Shown here: piece after piece, positions 19,394 to 28,739 of the stretch
Layout: every line of letters starts with the position of its first letter
Numbering within the stretch: the first letter of the stretch is position 1
Assembly (NCBI GenBank): GCA_039583615.1
Contig: JAVKSQ010000003.1
Coordinates: 18,719-82,718 of the forward strand
Reading direction: 5' to 3'
From: Acidimicrobiales bacterium
GTDB lineage: Bacteria > Actinomycetota > Acidimicrobiia > Acidimicrobiales > QHCF01
DNA: 64,000 bases
Notes under the pieces: model-generated
What the model was told of the DNA's origin: nothing
What the model saw: the letters and a program-made list of their open reading frames with translations, nothing else
The model's database searches: none
Made by a program: the position numbers and the translations under genes

Positions 19394-19615
19394 ACAGGCA
19401 TTGCCCCGCCGGGGCAGTGTGAGGGCGAAGCGCGGTTGCCGTCGCGGAGCAGTGCGAGTGTTCAGCTCTACAGCACCAGCTGGCCATCTCCCGTTGGCCT
19501 GGCGTTCACCCTGGTTGGTTACCTTGCCGACGTGAGCTCACGCCAGACATCGCCCAGCCCTGCCGCGCCCGGCGCTCCGACGCTCGTCGGAGCAGCCAGC
19601 CGGGAGGCGCCCCCG

Positions 19616-20362
19616 GTGGTGGCGGCCCGAGGCCTGACCCTGGGGTTTGGGGACAAGACGGTCCTGGCCGACGTCGATGTCGACTTCCCTCGGGGGTCCA
19701 TCACTGCCCTCATCGGGCCCACCGGGTCGGGCAAGACCACCTTCCTGCGCAGCCTCAACCGGATGAACGACAAGGTGCGGGGCTACTGCCGCCACGGGGA
19801 CGTCCAGCTCGACGGGGCCAGCATCTGGGGCCGGGAGGTGGCCGTGATGGGGCTGCGCCGGCGGGTGGGCATGCTGTTCCAGCGACCCAACCCTTTCCCC
19901 ATGTCGATCGCCGAGAACGTGATCGCCGGGGTGCGGGCCCATCGGATCGCCGACCGCTCCCAGGTCCATGCCATCGCCGAGACCCGGCTCCGGGAGGTGG
20001 GCCTGTGGGAGGCAGTGGCCGACCGGCTGGGTGACTCCCCGTTCCGCCTGTCGGGCGGCCAGCAGCAGCTTCTTTGCCTGGCCCGGGCGCTGGCCATCGG
20101 CCCCGACGTGTTGCTGCTGGACGAGCCCACCTCCTCCCTCGACCCCATCACCATGGAGGCGGTGGAGAACCTGATGGTCCAGTTGGCCCCTGCTCTCACC
20201 TTGATAGTGGTCACCCACAACCTGGCCCAGGCCCGCCGAGTGAGCCACCGCACGGTCTTCCTCTACCAGGGGCGCCTGATGGAGACGGGCCCGACGGCCC
20301 AGATCTTCGAGGACCCCGTGCACCCCGAGACGGCCCGGTACGTCACCGGCCGCATGGGCTGA
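19616..20362 (+). CDS. pstB: Phosphate ABC transporter ATP-binding protein
   Basis: ALIGPTGSGKTTFLRSLNRMND, LSGGQQQLLCLARALA, LLLDEPTSSLDP and the PstB-type C-terminus ETARYVTGRMG. Start chosen at the GTG at 19616, which is preceded by GGGAGG. The in-frame GTG at 19532 and the track start at 19436 are alternatives. Confidence 0.88.
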   Translation: MVAARGLTLGFGDKTVLADVDVDFPRGSITALIGPTGSGKTTFLRSLNRMNDKVRGYCRHGDVQLDGASIWGREVAVMGLRRRVGMLFQRPNPFPMSIAENVIAGVRAHRIADRSQVHAIAETRLREVGLWEAVADRLGDSPFRLSGGQQQLLCLARALAIGPDVLLLDEPTSSLDPITMEAVENLMVQLAPALTLIVVTHNLAQARRVSHRTVFLYQGRLMETGPTAQIFEDPVHPETARYVTGRMG

Positions 20363-20406
20363 GGCCACTGCCGATCCCTGAACGACCTAGCTGAGGAGGT
20401 CTCCAC

Positions 20407-21549
20407 ATGCGATCCACCGGCAAGCTCTCTGTGCTGGCGACCCTCTTGGTCACCGCTGGGATGGCCCTGGCCGCCTGCGGGAGCAAGACATCCAGCTCAA
20501 CGACCACCACCGCCAGCACCGGGGCGGCACCGTCGGCCCCGGGGGCGACCGACCAGCCGCCCTCCGCCACCGTGAGCCTGACCGAGACCGGCAGCACCCT
20601 GCTGTTCCCGCTGTTCTCCGCCTGGGCCCCCGCCTATACCAAGGCCCACCCCAACATCACCATCACTCCGGCCGGCACCGGCTCGGGCGCCGGCATCGCC
20701 GGGGCGACCGCCGGCACCGCCGACATCGGGGCCTCCGACGCCTACCTGTCGCCGGCTCAGCGCCAGACGACTCCCAGCCTGGTCAACATCCCCCTGGCCA
20801 TCTCGGCCCAGCAGATCAACTACAACCTGCCCGGTGGCCCTGGCCACCTCAAGCTCGACGGCAAGGTCCTGGCGGAGATGTACCTGGGCAAGATCACCAC
20901 CTGGAACGACCCCCAGGTGGCCGCCCTCAATCCAGGGGTCAGCCTGCCAAGCCTCAAGGTGGTCCCCGTGCACCGTTCCGACGGCAGCGGCGACACCTTC
21001 TTGTTCAGCTCCTTCCTGTCCAAGTCCGACCCGACCGATTGGACCATCAGCCCCGGTACCACGGTGGCCTTCCCCCCCGTGCCCGGCAACCTGGGCGCCA
21101 ACGGCAACGGCGGCATGGTGACCACCTGCGGGGCCACCAAAGGCTGCGTAGCTTACATCGGTGTGAGCTTCGAGGACAAGGCGACGGCCACCGGCCTGGG
21201 CGAGGCCATGCTGGCCAACCGCTCGGGCAACTACCTGCTGCCGACGGCCGGCGCGGTGAGCGCCGAGGCGGCCAGCTTCGCCAGCCAGACCCCGCCCGAC
21301 GAGGCCATCTCATTGATCTACGGGCCGCCGGCCAACGGCTACCCGATCGTCAACTACGAGTACGCCATCGTCAACACCACCCAGTCCAACGCGGCCAAGG
21401 CCCAGGCCATCCGGGCCTTCTTGGACTGGGCCGTCAGCTCAGCTGACGGGAACAGTGCCACCTTCTTGACCACCGTCCACTTCGTGGCCCTGCCCGCCCG
21501 CGTGGTGAGCCTCTCGGAGGCCCAGATCGCCAGGATCGGCAAGGCATAA
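20407..21549 (+). CDS. pstS: Phosphate-binding protein PstS (lipoprotein)
   Basis: Signal peptide with lipobox LAACGS. GSTLLFPL and TGSGAGI motifs. SD GAGGAGG upstream. Confidence 0.9.
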   Translation: MRSTGKLSVLATLLVTAGMALAACGSKTSSSTTTTASTGAAPSAPGATDQPPSATVSLTETGSTLLFPLFSAWAPAYTKAHPNITITPAGTGSGAGIAGATAGTADIGASDAYLSPAQRQTTPSLVNIPLAISAQQINYNLPGGPGHLKLDGKVLAEMYLGKITTWNDPQVAALNPGVSLPSLKVVPVHRSDGSGDTFLFSSFLSKSDPTDWTISPGTTVAFPPVPGNLGANGNGGMVTTCGATKGCVAYIGVSFEDKATATGLGEAMLANRSGNYLLPTAGAVSAEAASFASQTPPDEAISLIYGPPANGYPIVNYEYAIVNTTQSNAAKAQAIRAFLDWAVSSADGNSATFLTTVHFVALPARVVSLSEAQIARIGKA

Positions 21550-21558
21550 CGACGGCTG

Positions 21559-22623
21559 ATGCCGTCCCTGGCCACCCGAGCGACATCGCCGGATCGCCCG
21601 GCTGCCTCCCCCCCGGCCGGGCGAGCCGGCGATGTCGCTGAGGGGATGCTGCGCCGGATCTCCGGCGCAGCCGCCATCGTGCCTCTGGTGGCCCTGGTGT
21701 TCATCGTGGCCACGCTGGCCTGGAAGGCCTGGCCCGCTGTCCGCTACAACGGGGCGGGCTTCGTCACCAGGGTCGCCTGGAGGGTTGGCGACTTCTATTC
21801 CAACGTCGTCACCACCCACGGGGTGGCCCATCCGCCGGGAGCGCTCTACGGGGCTCTGCCTCTCATCACCGGGACCCTGGAGTCGTCGGCCATAGCCCTG
21901 GTGCTGGCCGTCCCGGTCTCCATCGGTGCCGCCCTGGCCGTCACCGAGAAGCTGCCGGCCTCGCTGTCCCAGGGTGTCGGCTTCTTCCTCGAGGTGCTGG
22001 CCGGGATCCCGAGCGTGATCTTCGGCCTGTGGGGCATCCTTACCTTCGGGCCATTCCTCTCCCGGGACATCAGCCCGCTGATCGCCAGGCACGCACCGAA
22101 CGTACCAGTGCTCAGCTTCTTCAGAGGGCCCACCGGGTCCGGCCAGGGGCTGCTCACCGCCGGCGTGGTGCTGGCGATAATGATCGTTCCCATAGTGGCC
22201 GCCACCACCAGGGACCTGCTGCGCCAGGTGCCGGTCCTGCCCAAGGAAGGGGCGGAGGCCCTGGGCATGTCGGAGTGGGAGATGACTCGCCGGGTCACCT
22301 TGCCATGGGTGCGGGCGGGCATCATCGGCGCCTCGGTGCTGGGCCTGGCCCGGGCCCTGGGCGAGACCATCGCGGTGGCCATGGTGTCGGGGGCCGCGTT
22401 GGGGGCCAACGCCCACAACGCCTATTCGACCTTCACCACCATCGCCGCCACCATCGTCTCCCAGCTGGACTCGGCCCTCTCCGACGCCTCGGGCTTCGCG
22501 GTTCGGACCCTGGCCGAGGCGGCCCTGGTGCTGGTGGTCATCACCCTGCTCACCAACGTGGCCGGGCGCCTGCTGGTGCGCCGGGTGGCCACCGCGGCCC
22601 TGCCTGTCGGCCGGGGCATCTGA
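21559..22623 (+). CDS. pstC: Phosphate ABC transporter permease PstC
   Basis: Multi-TM protein with the EAA-type loop [24 protein letters not shown]. Position directly after pstS. Confidence 0.88.
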   Translation: MPSLATRATSPDRPAASPPAGRAGDVAEGMLRRISGAAAIVPLVALVFIVATLAWKAWPAVRYNGAGFVTRVAWRVGDFYSNVVTTHGVAHPPGALYGALPLITGTLESSAIALVLAVPVSIGAALAVTEKLPASLSQGVGFFLEVLAGIPSVIFGLWGILTFGPFLSRDISPLIARHAPNVPVLSFFRGPTGSGQGLLTAGVVLAIMIVPIVAATTRDLLRQVPVLPKEGAEALGMSEWEMTRRVTLPWVRAGIIGASVLGLARALGETIAVAMVSGAALGANAHNAYSTFTTIAATIVSQLDSALSDASGFAVRTLAEAALVLVVITLLTNVAGRLLVRRVATAALPVGRGI

Positions 22624-22624
22624 G

Positions 22625-23548
22625 ATGGCCGAGCTGGCTTGGCCGAGGGCGGGCGGGCTGGCCGGCATGGAGCAGCCACCCCTTCATGCCGGACCGTCGC
22701 TGCGACGCCGGATCAGCAACGTCGCCTTCTGGTCGGGATGTGCCCTGGCCCTGGTCCTGGTGATCGCCCCCGCCGTCTCCGTCGTCGGAGGGGTGGTGGC
22801 CCGAGCCGTGCCCCACTGGCACTGGAGCGTGCTCACCACCCTTGGCGTGGGCCTGGGCGGAGGCCTGGAGAACGAGATCGTGGGCACCTTCGTCCTGGTC
22901 GTCGGGGTTGCTCTGCTGGCTGGCGCGGTGGGCATCCTGTCGGGGATCTACCTGGCCGAGCTCTGCCAAGAGGGCCGGGGCGGCGTGCTGCGAGGGGCCT
23001 CGGAGGTGCTGGCCGGCATCCCGTCCATCGTGCTGGGCTACGTCGGCTACGTCGCCTTCGTGGTGGCCTTCGGCTGGGGCTTCTCCCTGGGCGCGGCCCT
23101 GGTGGTCCTGTCGGTCATGGTCATCCCCTACATCGCCAAGACCACCGAGGTGGCGCTACGTCAGGTGCCCAGCTCTTACCGGGAGGGCGCCGAGGCGCTG
23201 GGAATGTCCACCACCTACACGCTGCGCCGCATCACCCTGCGGGCGGCCCTGCCAGGGATCGCCACCGGCATGATCGTGGCCCTGGCCATCGCCTTGGGCG
23301 AGACGGCTCCCCTGTTGTACACAGCCAACACCAGCCAGGCCCTGCCCCATCTAGCGGTGACCCACTCACCGATCAGCTACCTCACCTATCCGGTGTGGAC
23401 CTTCTACAACCAGCCCAGCGCCTCGGCCCAGGACCTGGCCTTCGACGCCGCCCTCCTGCTGGTCGTGCTGGTGGTGGCGCTGATCGTGATCGCCCGGGTG
23501 GTGGTTGCCTTCACCCAGCGCAACTCCGAGGCCGCCTCCGCCCGCTGA
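22625..23548 (+). CDS. pstA: Phosphate ABC transporter permease PstA
   Basis: Multi-TM protein with the loop [31 protein letters not shown]. Starts 2 nt after the pstC stop. Confidence 0.88.
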   Translation: MAELAWPRAGGLAGMEQPPLHAGPSLRRRISNVAFWSGCALALVLVIAPAVSVVGGVVARAVPHWHWSVLTTLGVGLGGGLENEIVGTFVLVVGVALLAGAVGILSGIYLAELCQEGRGGVLRGASEVLAGIPSIVLGYVGYVAFVVAFGWGFSLGAALVVLSVMVIPYIAKTTEVALRQVPSSYREGAEALGMSTTYTLRRITLRAALPGIATGMIVALAIALGETAPLLYTANTSQALPHLAVTHSPISYLTYPVWTFYNQPSASAQDLAFDAALLLVVLVVALIVIARVVVAFTQRNSEAASAR

Positions 23549-23550
23549 GG

Positions 23551-23579
23551 GAGGCCCGGCGGGGGCTGTGCCGGGCCTC
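23551..23579. terminator. GC-rich hairpin between convergent pstA and hypD (10-bp stem, 9-nt loop)
   Basis: gaggcccggc-gggggctgt-gccgggcctc fills the intergenic gap exactly. There is no U-tract, which is common in high-GC genomes. Confidence 0.5.
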
Positions 23580-24707
23580 TCAGGCTGATCGACCCATGAG
23601 GACAGCCGCCTCACGGTGCAGACGACCGAAGTTGTAGTAGGCGGCGCAGGCTCCCTCGGAGGAGACCATGCAGGTGCCGATCGGAGTCTCGGGGGTGCAG
23701 GCGGTGCCGAAGACCTTGCACTCCCAGGGCTTGATGACACCCTTGAGCACCTCCCCGCACTGGCAGGCCTTGGGGTCGGCCACCCGGACACCGGGCACCT
23801 CGTAGATCAGCTCGGCATCCCACTCGGCGAACTCGGGCCGCAGCTTGAGGGCGCTCTGGGAGATGAAGCCCAGGCCCCGCCACTCGAAGTGCGGTCGCAG
23901 CTCGAAGACCTCGGCCAAGATGGCCAGGGCGCGGGGATTGCCCTCGTCCCGGACGATGCGGGTGTACTGGTTCTCGACCTCGCAACGGTCCTGGCGGATC
24001 TGGTCGAGGAGCATGGCAATGGCGGCCAGGATGTCCAGCGGCTCGAAGCCGGCGGTGACGAGGGGCTTGTGGTACACCTCGGGGACGAAGCGGTAGGGGT
24101 AGTTGCCGACCACCGTCGACACGTGGCCTGGCCCGAGGAAGCCCTCCAGGCGCAGGTCGGGGGACTCGAGGATGGCCTTGATGGGCGGCACGATGGTCAC
24201 GTGGTTGCAAAAGACGCTGAAGTTGGTGACGCCGTCGGCCCTGGCCTTGAGCAGGGTCACCGCCGTGGACGGGGCAGTGGTCTCGAACCCGACCGCGAAG
24301 AACACCACCTTGCGGTCGGGGTTCTCCATGGCGATGCGCAGCGCGTCGAGCGGTGAGTAGACGAAGCGGACGTCAGCCCCCCGGGCCTTGGCTTCCAGGA
24401 GGTTGCCCTTACCACCGGGCACCCGCATCATGTCCCCGAAGGAGGTGAAGATGACTCCGGGCGTCTCCGCCACCGCGATGGCGTCGTCGACCCGGCCCAT
24501 GGGGATGACGCAGACCGGGCAACCGGGCCCGTGCACCAGCTCGACGTTGGCCGGCAGCACGTGCTCGATGCCGTGGCGGTAGATGGTATGGGTATGGCCC
24601 CCACAGACCTCCATGAACTTGAACTCGTCGTCCCGGGCCAGATCGCGGATGCGCGCCACCAAGGCGCGGGCGGCCGATGGGTCACGGTACTCATCGACAA
24701 ACTTCAT
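23580..24707 (-). CDS. hypD: [NiFe]-hydrogenase maturation factor HypD
   Basis: MKFVDEYRDP, EVCGGHTHTI, GPGCPVCV, and the C-terminal Fe-S CxxH motifs. SD GGGAGAAG. Confidence 0.93.
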   Translation of the reverse strand: MKFVDEYRDPSAARALVARIRDLARDDEFKFMEVCGGHTHTIYRHGIEHVLPANVELVHGPGCPVCVIPMGRVDDAIAVAETPGVIFTSFGDMMRVPGGKGNLLEAKARGADVRFVYSPLDALRIAMENPDRKVVFFAVGFETTAPSTAVTLLKARADGVTNFSVFCNHVTIVPPIKAILESPDLRLEGFLGPGHVSTVVGNYPYRFVPEVYHKPLVTAGFEPLDILAAIAMLLDQIRQDRCEVENQYTRIVRDEGNPRALAILAEVFELRPHFEWRGLGFISQSALKLRPEFAEWDAELIYEVPGVRVADPKACQCGEVLKGVIKPWECKVFGTACTPETPIGTCMVSSEGACAAYYNFGRLHREAAVLMGRSA

Positions 24708-24815
24708 GACTTCTCCCTCTCCCTCTGGTGCTGCCTGCCCCGACCCGAACGGCCGGAGAACCTCTACTCGTCGACCGGGAGGCTAGGCGATCCCGTCGCC
24801 GCCCCCATCGGCACG

Positions 24816-25085
24816 TCAGATCCGCGACTCCATCACCGCGTCTATCTCGTCGGTGTAGGCCTTACCCATGAGCTGGAGCCCCTCCAGGGCTCGCCTGGCC
24901 TCCTCCTCGTCGATCTTGGACATGGCGAAGCCGACATGGATCAGCACCCAGTCACCGAGCTCCAGCCGCTCGTCCTCCAGCAGGCCGATGTTGATGGTGC
25001 GCCGGACCCCGGCCACCTCCACCTTGGCCAGGTGCTGGTTGGCGTCCACGAACTCGGCCACCTGGCCGGGGATACCAAGACACAT
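24816..25085 (-). CDS. hypC: [NiFe]-hydrogenase maturation chaperone HypC
   Basis: 89 aa starting MCLGIPGQV, with the essential N-terminal Cys2. GDWVLIHVGFA. SD GAGAGGAG. Confidence 0.92.
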   Translation of the reverse strand: MCLGIPGQVAEFVDANQHLAKVEVAGVRRTINIGLLEDERLELGDWVLIHVGFAMSKIDEEEARRALEGLQLMGKAYTDEIDAVMESRI

Positions 25086-25132
25086 GTGACTGCTCCTCTC
25101 TGACTACGTCGGACACGCCGACCCCCTCCACC

Positions 25133-27523
25133 CTAGCGCTCATGACCCGGGCTCAGAGCACAATCCTGACAATCTTGCGGCGCCAGACCGTGGGCGGCGA
25201 TGGCTGCCTGGCCGACGCTGATGCCGCCGTCGTTGGGCGGCACCTCCTGGTGGACGAGCACGTCGAGGCCGTGGGCTCGCAGGCCGCTCTCGATCAGCAT
25301 GCTCAGCCTGGCGTTCTGGAAGACTCCCCCCGACAGGGCGACGGTGTCCAACCGGCGCGTCCCGGCCAGCTCGACCGCTGCTTCCACCGCCCCCTGACCC
25401 AGGCCCTGGTGGAACCCGGCAGCGACCTCGGCGGCCGGTCTCCCGCTGTCCAGGTCGGCCACCACGGCGGCCACCAGCGGCCTCGGATCGAGCACCAGGC
25501 GTCCGTCGGTCCAGGACCGCCCCACCGGATAGGCAGGTGCCCGCCGGCAGGGCACCGAGGAGGCCAAGGCCTCCAGCTCGATGGCGGCCTGGCCCTCGTA
25601 GGTCACCACCGAGCGCACTCCCACCAGGGCGGCAACCGCATCGAAGAGCCGGCCGACGCTGGTGGTAACCGGCCCGCTGGGTGCCTCCAGGAGGCCCAGC
25701 ACGTCGCCAGCCCGCTTGTCCAGGGCCCCGCCGAGGCGCACCGCCTCAGCCGCGCCCAGGCTGGCGTGAGCCCATGACATGGCCATCCGCCAGGGCTGGC
25801 GAATGGCGGCCGCTCCTCCCGGCAGGGGTACCGGCACCAGGCTCCCCACCCGGGTGAATCCCTCCAGATCGGCCACCAGCCACTCGCCGCCCCAAAGAGT
25901 GCCGTCGGTGCCCATCCCCAGGCCGTCGAAGGCCAGGCCGAGGACGGCCTCGGTGCGGCCGTGCTCGGCCAGGCAGGAGGCGATGTGGGCGTGATGGTGC
26001 TGGACGGGCCAGGTCGGCAGGTCCAGGTCGAGGGCCAGCTTGGTGGAGAGGTACTCGGGGTGCAGGTCATGGGCCACCACCTCGGGAGCGACCCCGTAGA
26101 GATGGCAGAGGTGGTCGATGGCCTGCAGGAAGGCTCGGTAGTTGGCCAGGTGCTCCAGGTCGCCGATGTGGTGGCTGGCCACCAGGGTGCGAGCCTTGGC
26201 CACGGCTACGGTCGACTTGAGCTCGGCCCCCACCGCCAGCACCTGGCGGCGGGCCGGGGCCGGCAGCGCCAGGGGCTCTGGGGCGAAGCCGCGAGAGCGC
26301 CGCAGCACCTGGCGGCGGCCGGCCGGAGTGGCCTCGGGCTGGGATGGAGGCCTCACCCGTAGCACCGAGTCGTCGCAGCGGATGTGTATGGGCCGGTCAT
26401 GGGTAAGGAAGCCGTCCACCAGCGCAGCCAGGCGGGCGACCGCGTCCTCGTCGGTGTGGGCGATGGGATCGTCGGAGAGGTTCCCGCTGGTCATCACCAG
26501 GGGCCGCCCGACCGCCTGGGTCAGCAGGTGGTGCAACGGCGTGTAGGCCAGGATCAGGCCCAGCTCCGGCAGGCCGGGGGCGACCCCGGGCGCCAGGAGC
26601 CCGCCCCCTCCGGGCAGGCCCCCTCCGCCGTGGACGCCGTCTGCCTTGGGGACCAGGACGACCGGTCGCCGCATGGACACCAGAGCAGCCTCCGACACCG
26701 GGTCCATCAGGCACAGGCGGCGGGCTTCGTTCACGTCGGACACCATCACCGCGAAGGGCTTGTCGTCCCGGGCCTTGCGTCGGCGCAGCTCGGCCACCGC
26801 ATCGGCGTCAGTGGCGTCGGTGGCCAGGTGGAACCCGCCGATCCCCTTGACGGCCACGATGGCGCCCTCTCGCAGGGCGGCGGCGGCGATGTCCATGGCC
26901 TCGGGCCCCACCGCCTGCGATCGGCCCTCCCGGTCCAGCCAGGCCAGGCGGGGGCCGCAGACCGGGCAGGCATTGGGCTGGGCATGGAAGCGGCGATCAG
27001 CTGGGTCGTCGTACTCCGCCTGGCAGGCCGGGCACATGGTGAACGCCGCCATGGTCGTGGCCGGCCGGTCGTAGGGCACCGAGCGGACGATGGTGTACCG
27101 GGGCCCGCAGTTGGTGCAGTTGGTGAACGGGTAGCGGTACCGGCGGTCGGCCGGGTCGTCGACCTCGGCCAGGCAGGCGGCGCAGGTGGCGGTGTCCACG
27201 CTCACCGGTGCGGCCGGCGCCCCCTCCTCGGAGCTGTGCTCGATGACGAAGCCACCATCGCCTCCGATCGGTGCGATGGCGGTGGAGTCGACGGCCACCA
27301 CCCGCGCCAGCGGCGGAGCCTCGTCGACCAGCAGGCGGCACAGAGCGCCCACCCGGTCAGTGGCTCCCTGCACCTCTACCAGGACGCCGGAGCTGTCGTT
27401 GCGGACGAACCCGGTCAAGCCCAGAGCCACCGCGTGCCGGTAGACGAAGGGGCGGAAGCCCACCCCCTGGACCGTCCCGGTCACCCTCAGGCGCCGGCGC
27501 TGGGGAGCCGGTGGCGCCGGCAC
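25133..27523 (-). CDS. hypF: Carbamoyltransferase HypF
   Basis: Acylphosphatase domain (RLRVTGTVQGVGFRPFVYR). Two zinc-finger CxxC pairs (CAACLAEV..., YPFTNCTNCGPRYT, CPACQAEY, NACPVCGPR). YrdC-like and Kae1-like domains. Start is uncertain: GTG at 27523, or 27580 as in the track. Confidence 0.9.
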   Translation of the reverse strand: MPAPPAPQRRRLRVTGTVQGVGFRPFVYRHAVALGLTGFVRNDSSGVLVEVQGATDRVGALCRLLVDEAPPLARVVAVDSTAIAPIGGDGGFVIEHSSEEGAPAAPVSVDTATCAACLAEVDDPADRRYRYPFTNCTNCGPRYTIVRSVPYDRPATTMAAFTMCPACQAEYDDPADRRFHAQPNACPVCGPRLAWLDREGRSQAVGPEAMDIAAAALREGAIVAVKGIGGFHLATDATDADAVAELRRRKARDDKPFAVMVSDVNEARRLCLMDPVSEAALVSMRRPVVLVPKADGVHGGGGLPGGGGLLAPGVAPGLPELGLILAYTPLHHLLTQAVGRPLVMTSGNLSDDPIAHTDEDAVARLAALVDGFLTHDRPIHIRCDDSVLRVRPPSQPEATPAGRRQVLRRSRGFAPEPLALPAPARRQVLAVGAELKSTVAVAKARTLVASHHIGDLEHLANYRAFLQAIDHLCHLYGVAPEVVAHDLHPEYLSTKLALDLDLPTWPVQHHHAHIASCLAEHGRTEAVLGLAFDGLGMGTDGTLWGGEWLVADLEGFTRVGSLVPVPLPGGAAAIRQPWRMAMSWAHASLGAAEAVRLGGALDKRAGDVLGLLEAPSGPVTTSVGRLFDAVAALVGVRSVVTYEGQAAIELEALASSVPCRRAPAYPVGRSWTDGRLVLDPRPLVAAVVADLDSGRPAAEVAAGFHQGLGQGAVEAAVELAGTRRLDTVALSGGVFQNARLSMLIESGLRAHGLDVLVHQEVPPNDGGISVGQAAIAAHGLAPQDCQDCALSPGHER

Positions 27524-27536
27524 CCCCTCGACGTCC

Positions 27537-28739
27537 TCAGCAGATGCGCGGGAGTGGGTCACCGACCAGCATGTCGACAATGCGCGTGCCGCCGAAGGTG
27601 GTCAGCAACACGACGATCCCCTCAGGTTCCGACCGGACGTCGCCGATGCGAGCCGCCTGGCCGCCGTAGGGATGGGACCGCAGGGCCGCAACCGCCGCGT
27701 CGGCCTCGTCGGGGGCCACGACGGCCAGGAGCTTGCCCTCGTTGGCCACGTAGAGGGGGTCGATTCCCAGCAGGTCGCAAGCGCCAGCCACGGCTGGGTC
27801 GACCGGCAGCAGGGACTCGTCGAGGACAACCGCCAGGTTGGTCTCCCGGACGAGCTCGTTGCAGACGGTACCCACTCCCCCACGGGTCGGGTCGCGCAGC
27901 CACCGGGTGGACGGAGCCGCCTCGAACAACACGTCGACCAAGCCGGCCAGAGGGGCGGTGTCCGAGCGGATGTCGGCCTCCAGGGCCAGCTCGCCACGGG
28001 CCAGCATGACTGCCATGCCATGGTCGGCGATGGTCCCCGACACGACGACCACGTCGCCGGGGGACACCCGCCCGGTTCCCAGCACCCGCTCGGGGGGGAT
28101 CAGCCCGATGCCAGCAGTGTTGACGTAGAGGCCGTCGGCCGCCCCACGGTCCACCACCTTGGTGTCCCCGGTCACGATCTGCACGCCGGCGACCCGGGCT
28201 GCCTCGGCCATGTCGGCCACCACGGCCCGCAGGTCGGCCACCGGGTAACCCTCCTCGAGCACGAACCCGGCCGAGAGCCAAGCCGGCTTGGCCCCCATCA
28301 TGGCCAGGTCGTTGACCGTGCCATTGATGGCCAGATCGCCGATCGACCCACCCGGGAAGCGCAGGGGCTTGACCACGAAGGAGTCGGTGCTGAAGGCCAG
28401 GCGCTCCCCCGACGCCAAGGTGACACAGGCGCCGTCGGCCATGGTGGCCAGGGTGTCGTTGGCGAAGGCATCCAGGAAGACCGCGTCGATCAGGGCCGCC
28501 GACGACTTGCCGCCCGCCCCATGGGCCAGGGTGATGACCTCGTCTCGAAGACGCGGCCGGCGCTTGCGGAAGGCTTCGATCCGGTCGAGGACAGCCGCCT
28601 CTCGGCCGCTGGCACGCTCGGGGCTGGCCACCTTCTCGGCCTGCCTGACCCCGCCCGCCCCATTGCCGGACTGGGCGGGGCCGGACTGGGCGGGGCCGGC
28701 CTGGCGCTGACCAGCGCCAGGGGCTGAGGGCTCGGTCAC
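27537..28739 (-). CDS. hypE: Hydrogenase maturation protein HypE (with about 65-aa low-complexity N-terminal extension if the GTG at 28739 is used)
   Basis: PurM-like core (ITLAHGAGGKSS) and the diagnostic C-terminus GDPLPRIC. The GTG at 28737-28739 overlaps the upstream SIS gene stop (GTGA). Confidence 0.9.
   Translation of the reverse strand: MTEPSAPGAGQRQAGPAQSGPAQSGNGAGGVRQAEKVASPERASGREAAVLDRIEAFRKRRPRLRDEVITLAHGAGGKSSAALIDAVFLDAFANDTLATMADGACVTLASGERLAFSTDSFVVKPLRFPGGSIGDLAINGTVNDLAMMGAKPAWLSAGFVLEEGYPVADLRAVVADMAEAARVAGVQIVTGDTKVVDRGAADGLYVNTAGIGLIPPERVLGTGRVSPGDVVVVSGTIADHGMAVMLARGELALEADIRSDTAPLAGLVDVLFEAAPSTRWLRDPTRGGVGTVCNELVRETNLAVVLDESLLPVDPAVAGACDLLGIDPLYVANEGKLLAVVAPDEADAAVAALRSHPYGGQAARIGDVRSEPEGIVVLLTTFGGTRIVDMLVGDPLPRIC
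28666..28695. repeat. 15-bp tandem duplication (ccggactgggcgggg x2) encoding GPAQS-GPAQS in the hypE N-terminal extension
   Basis: Identical units at 28666-28680 and 28681-28695. Confidence 0.85.

Noticed and set aside
19504-19525. A canonical PhoP PHO box (two 11-nt direct repeat units) upstream of pstB.
   Set aside because: There is only one good GTTCACC core. The second related heptamer is at a 13-14 nt offset rather than 11 nt. It is kept only as a weak note within the pst finding.
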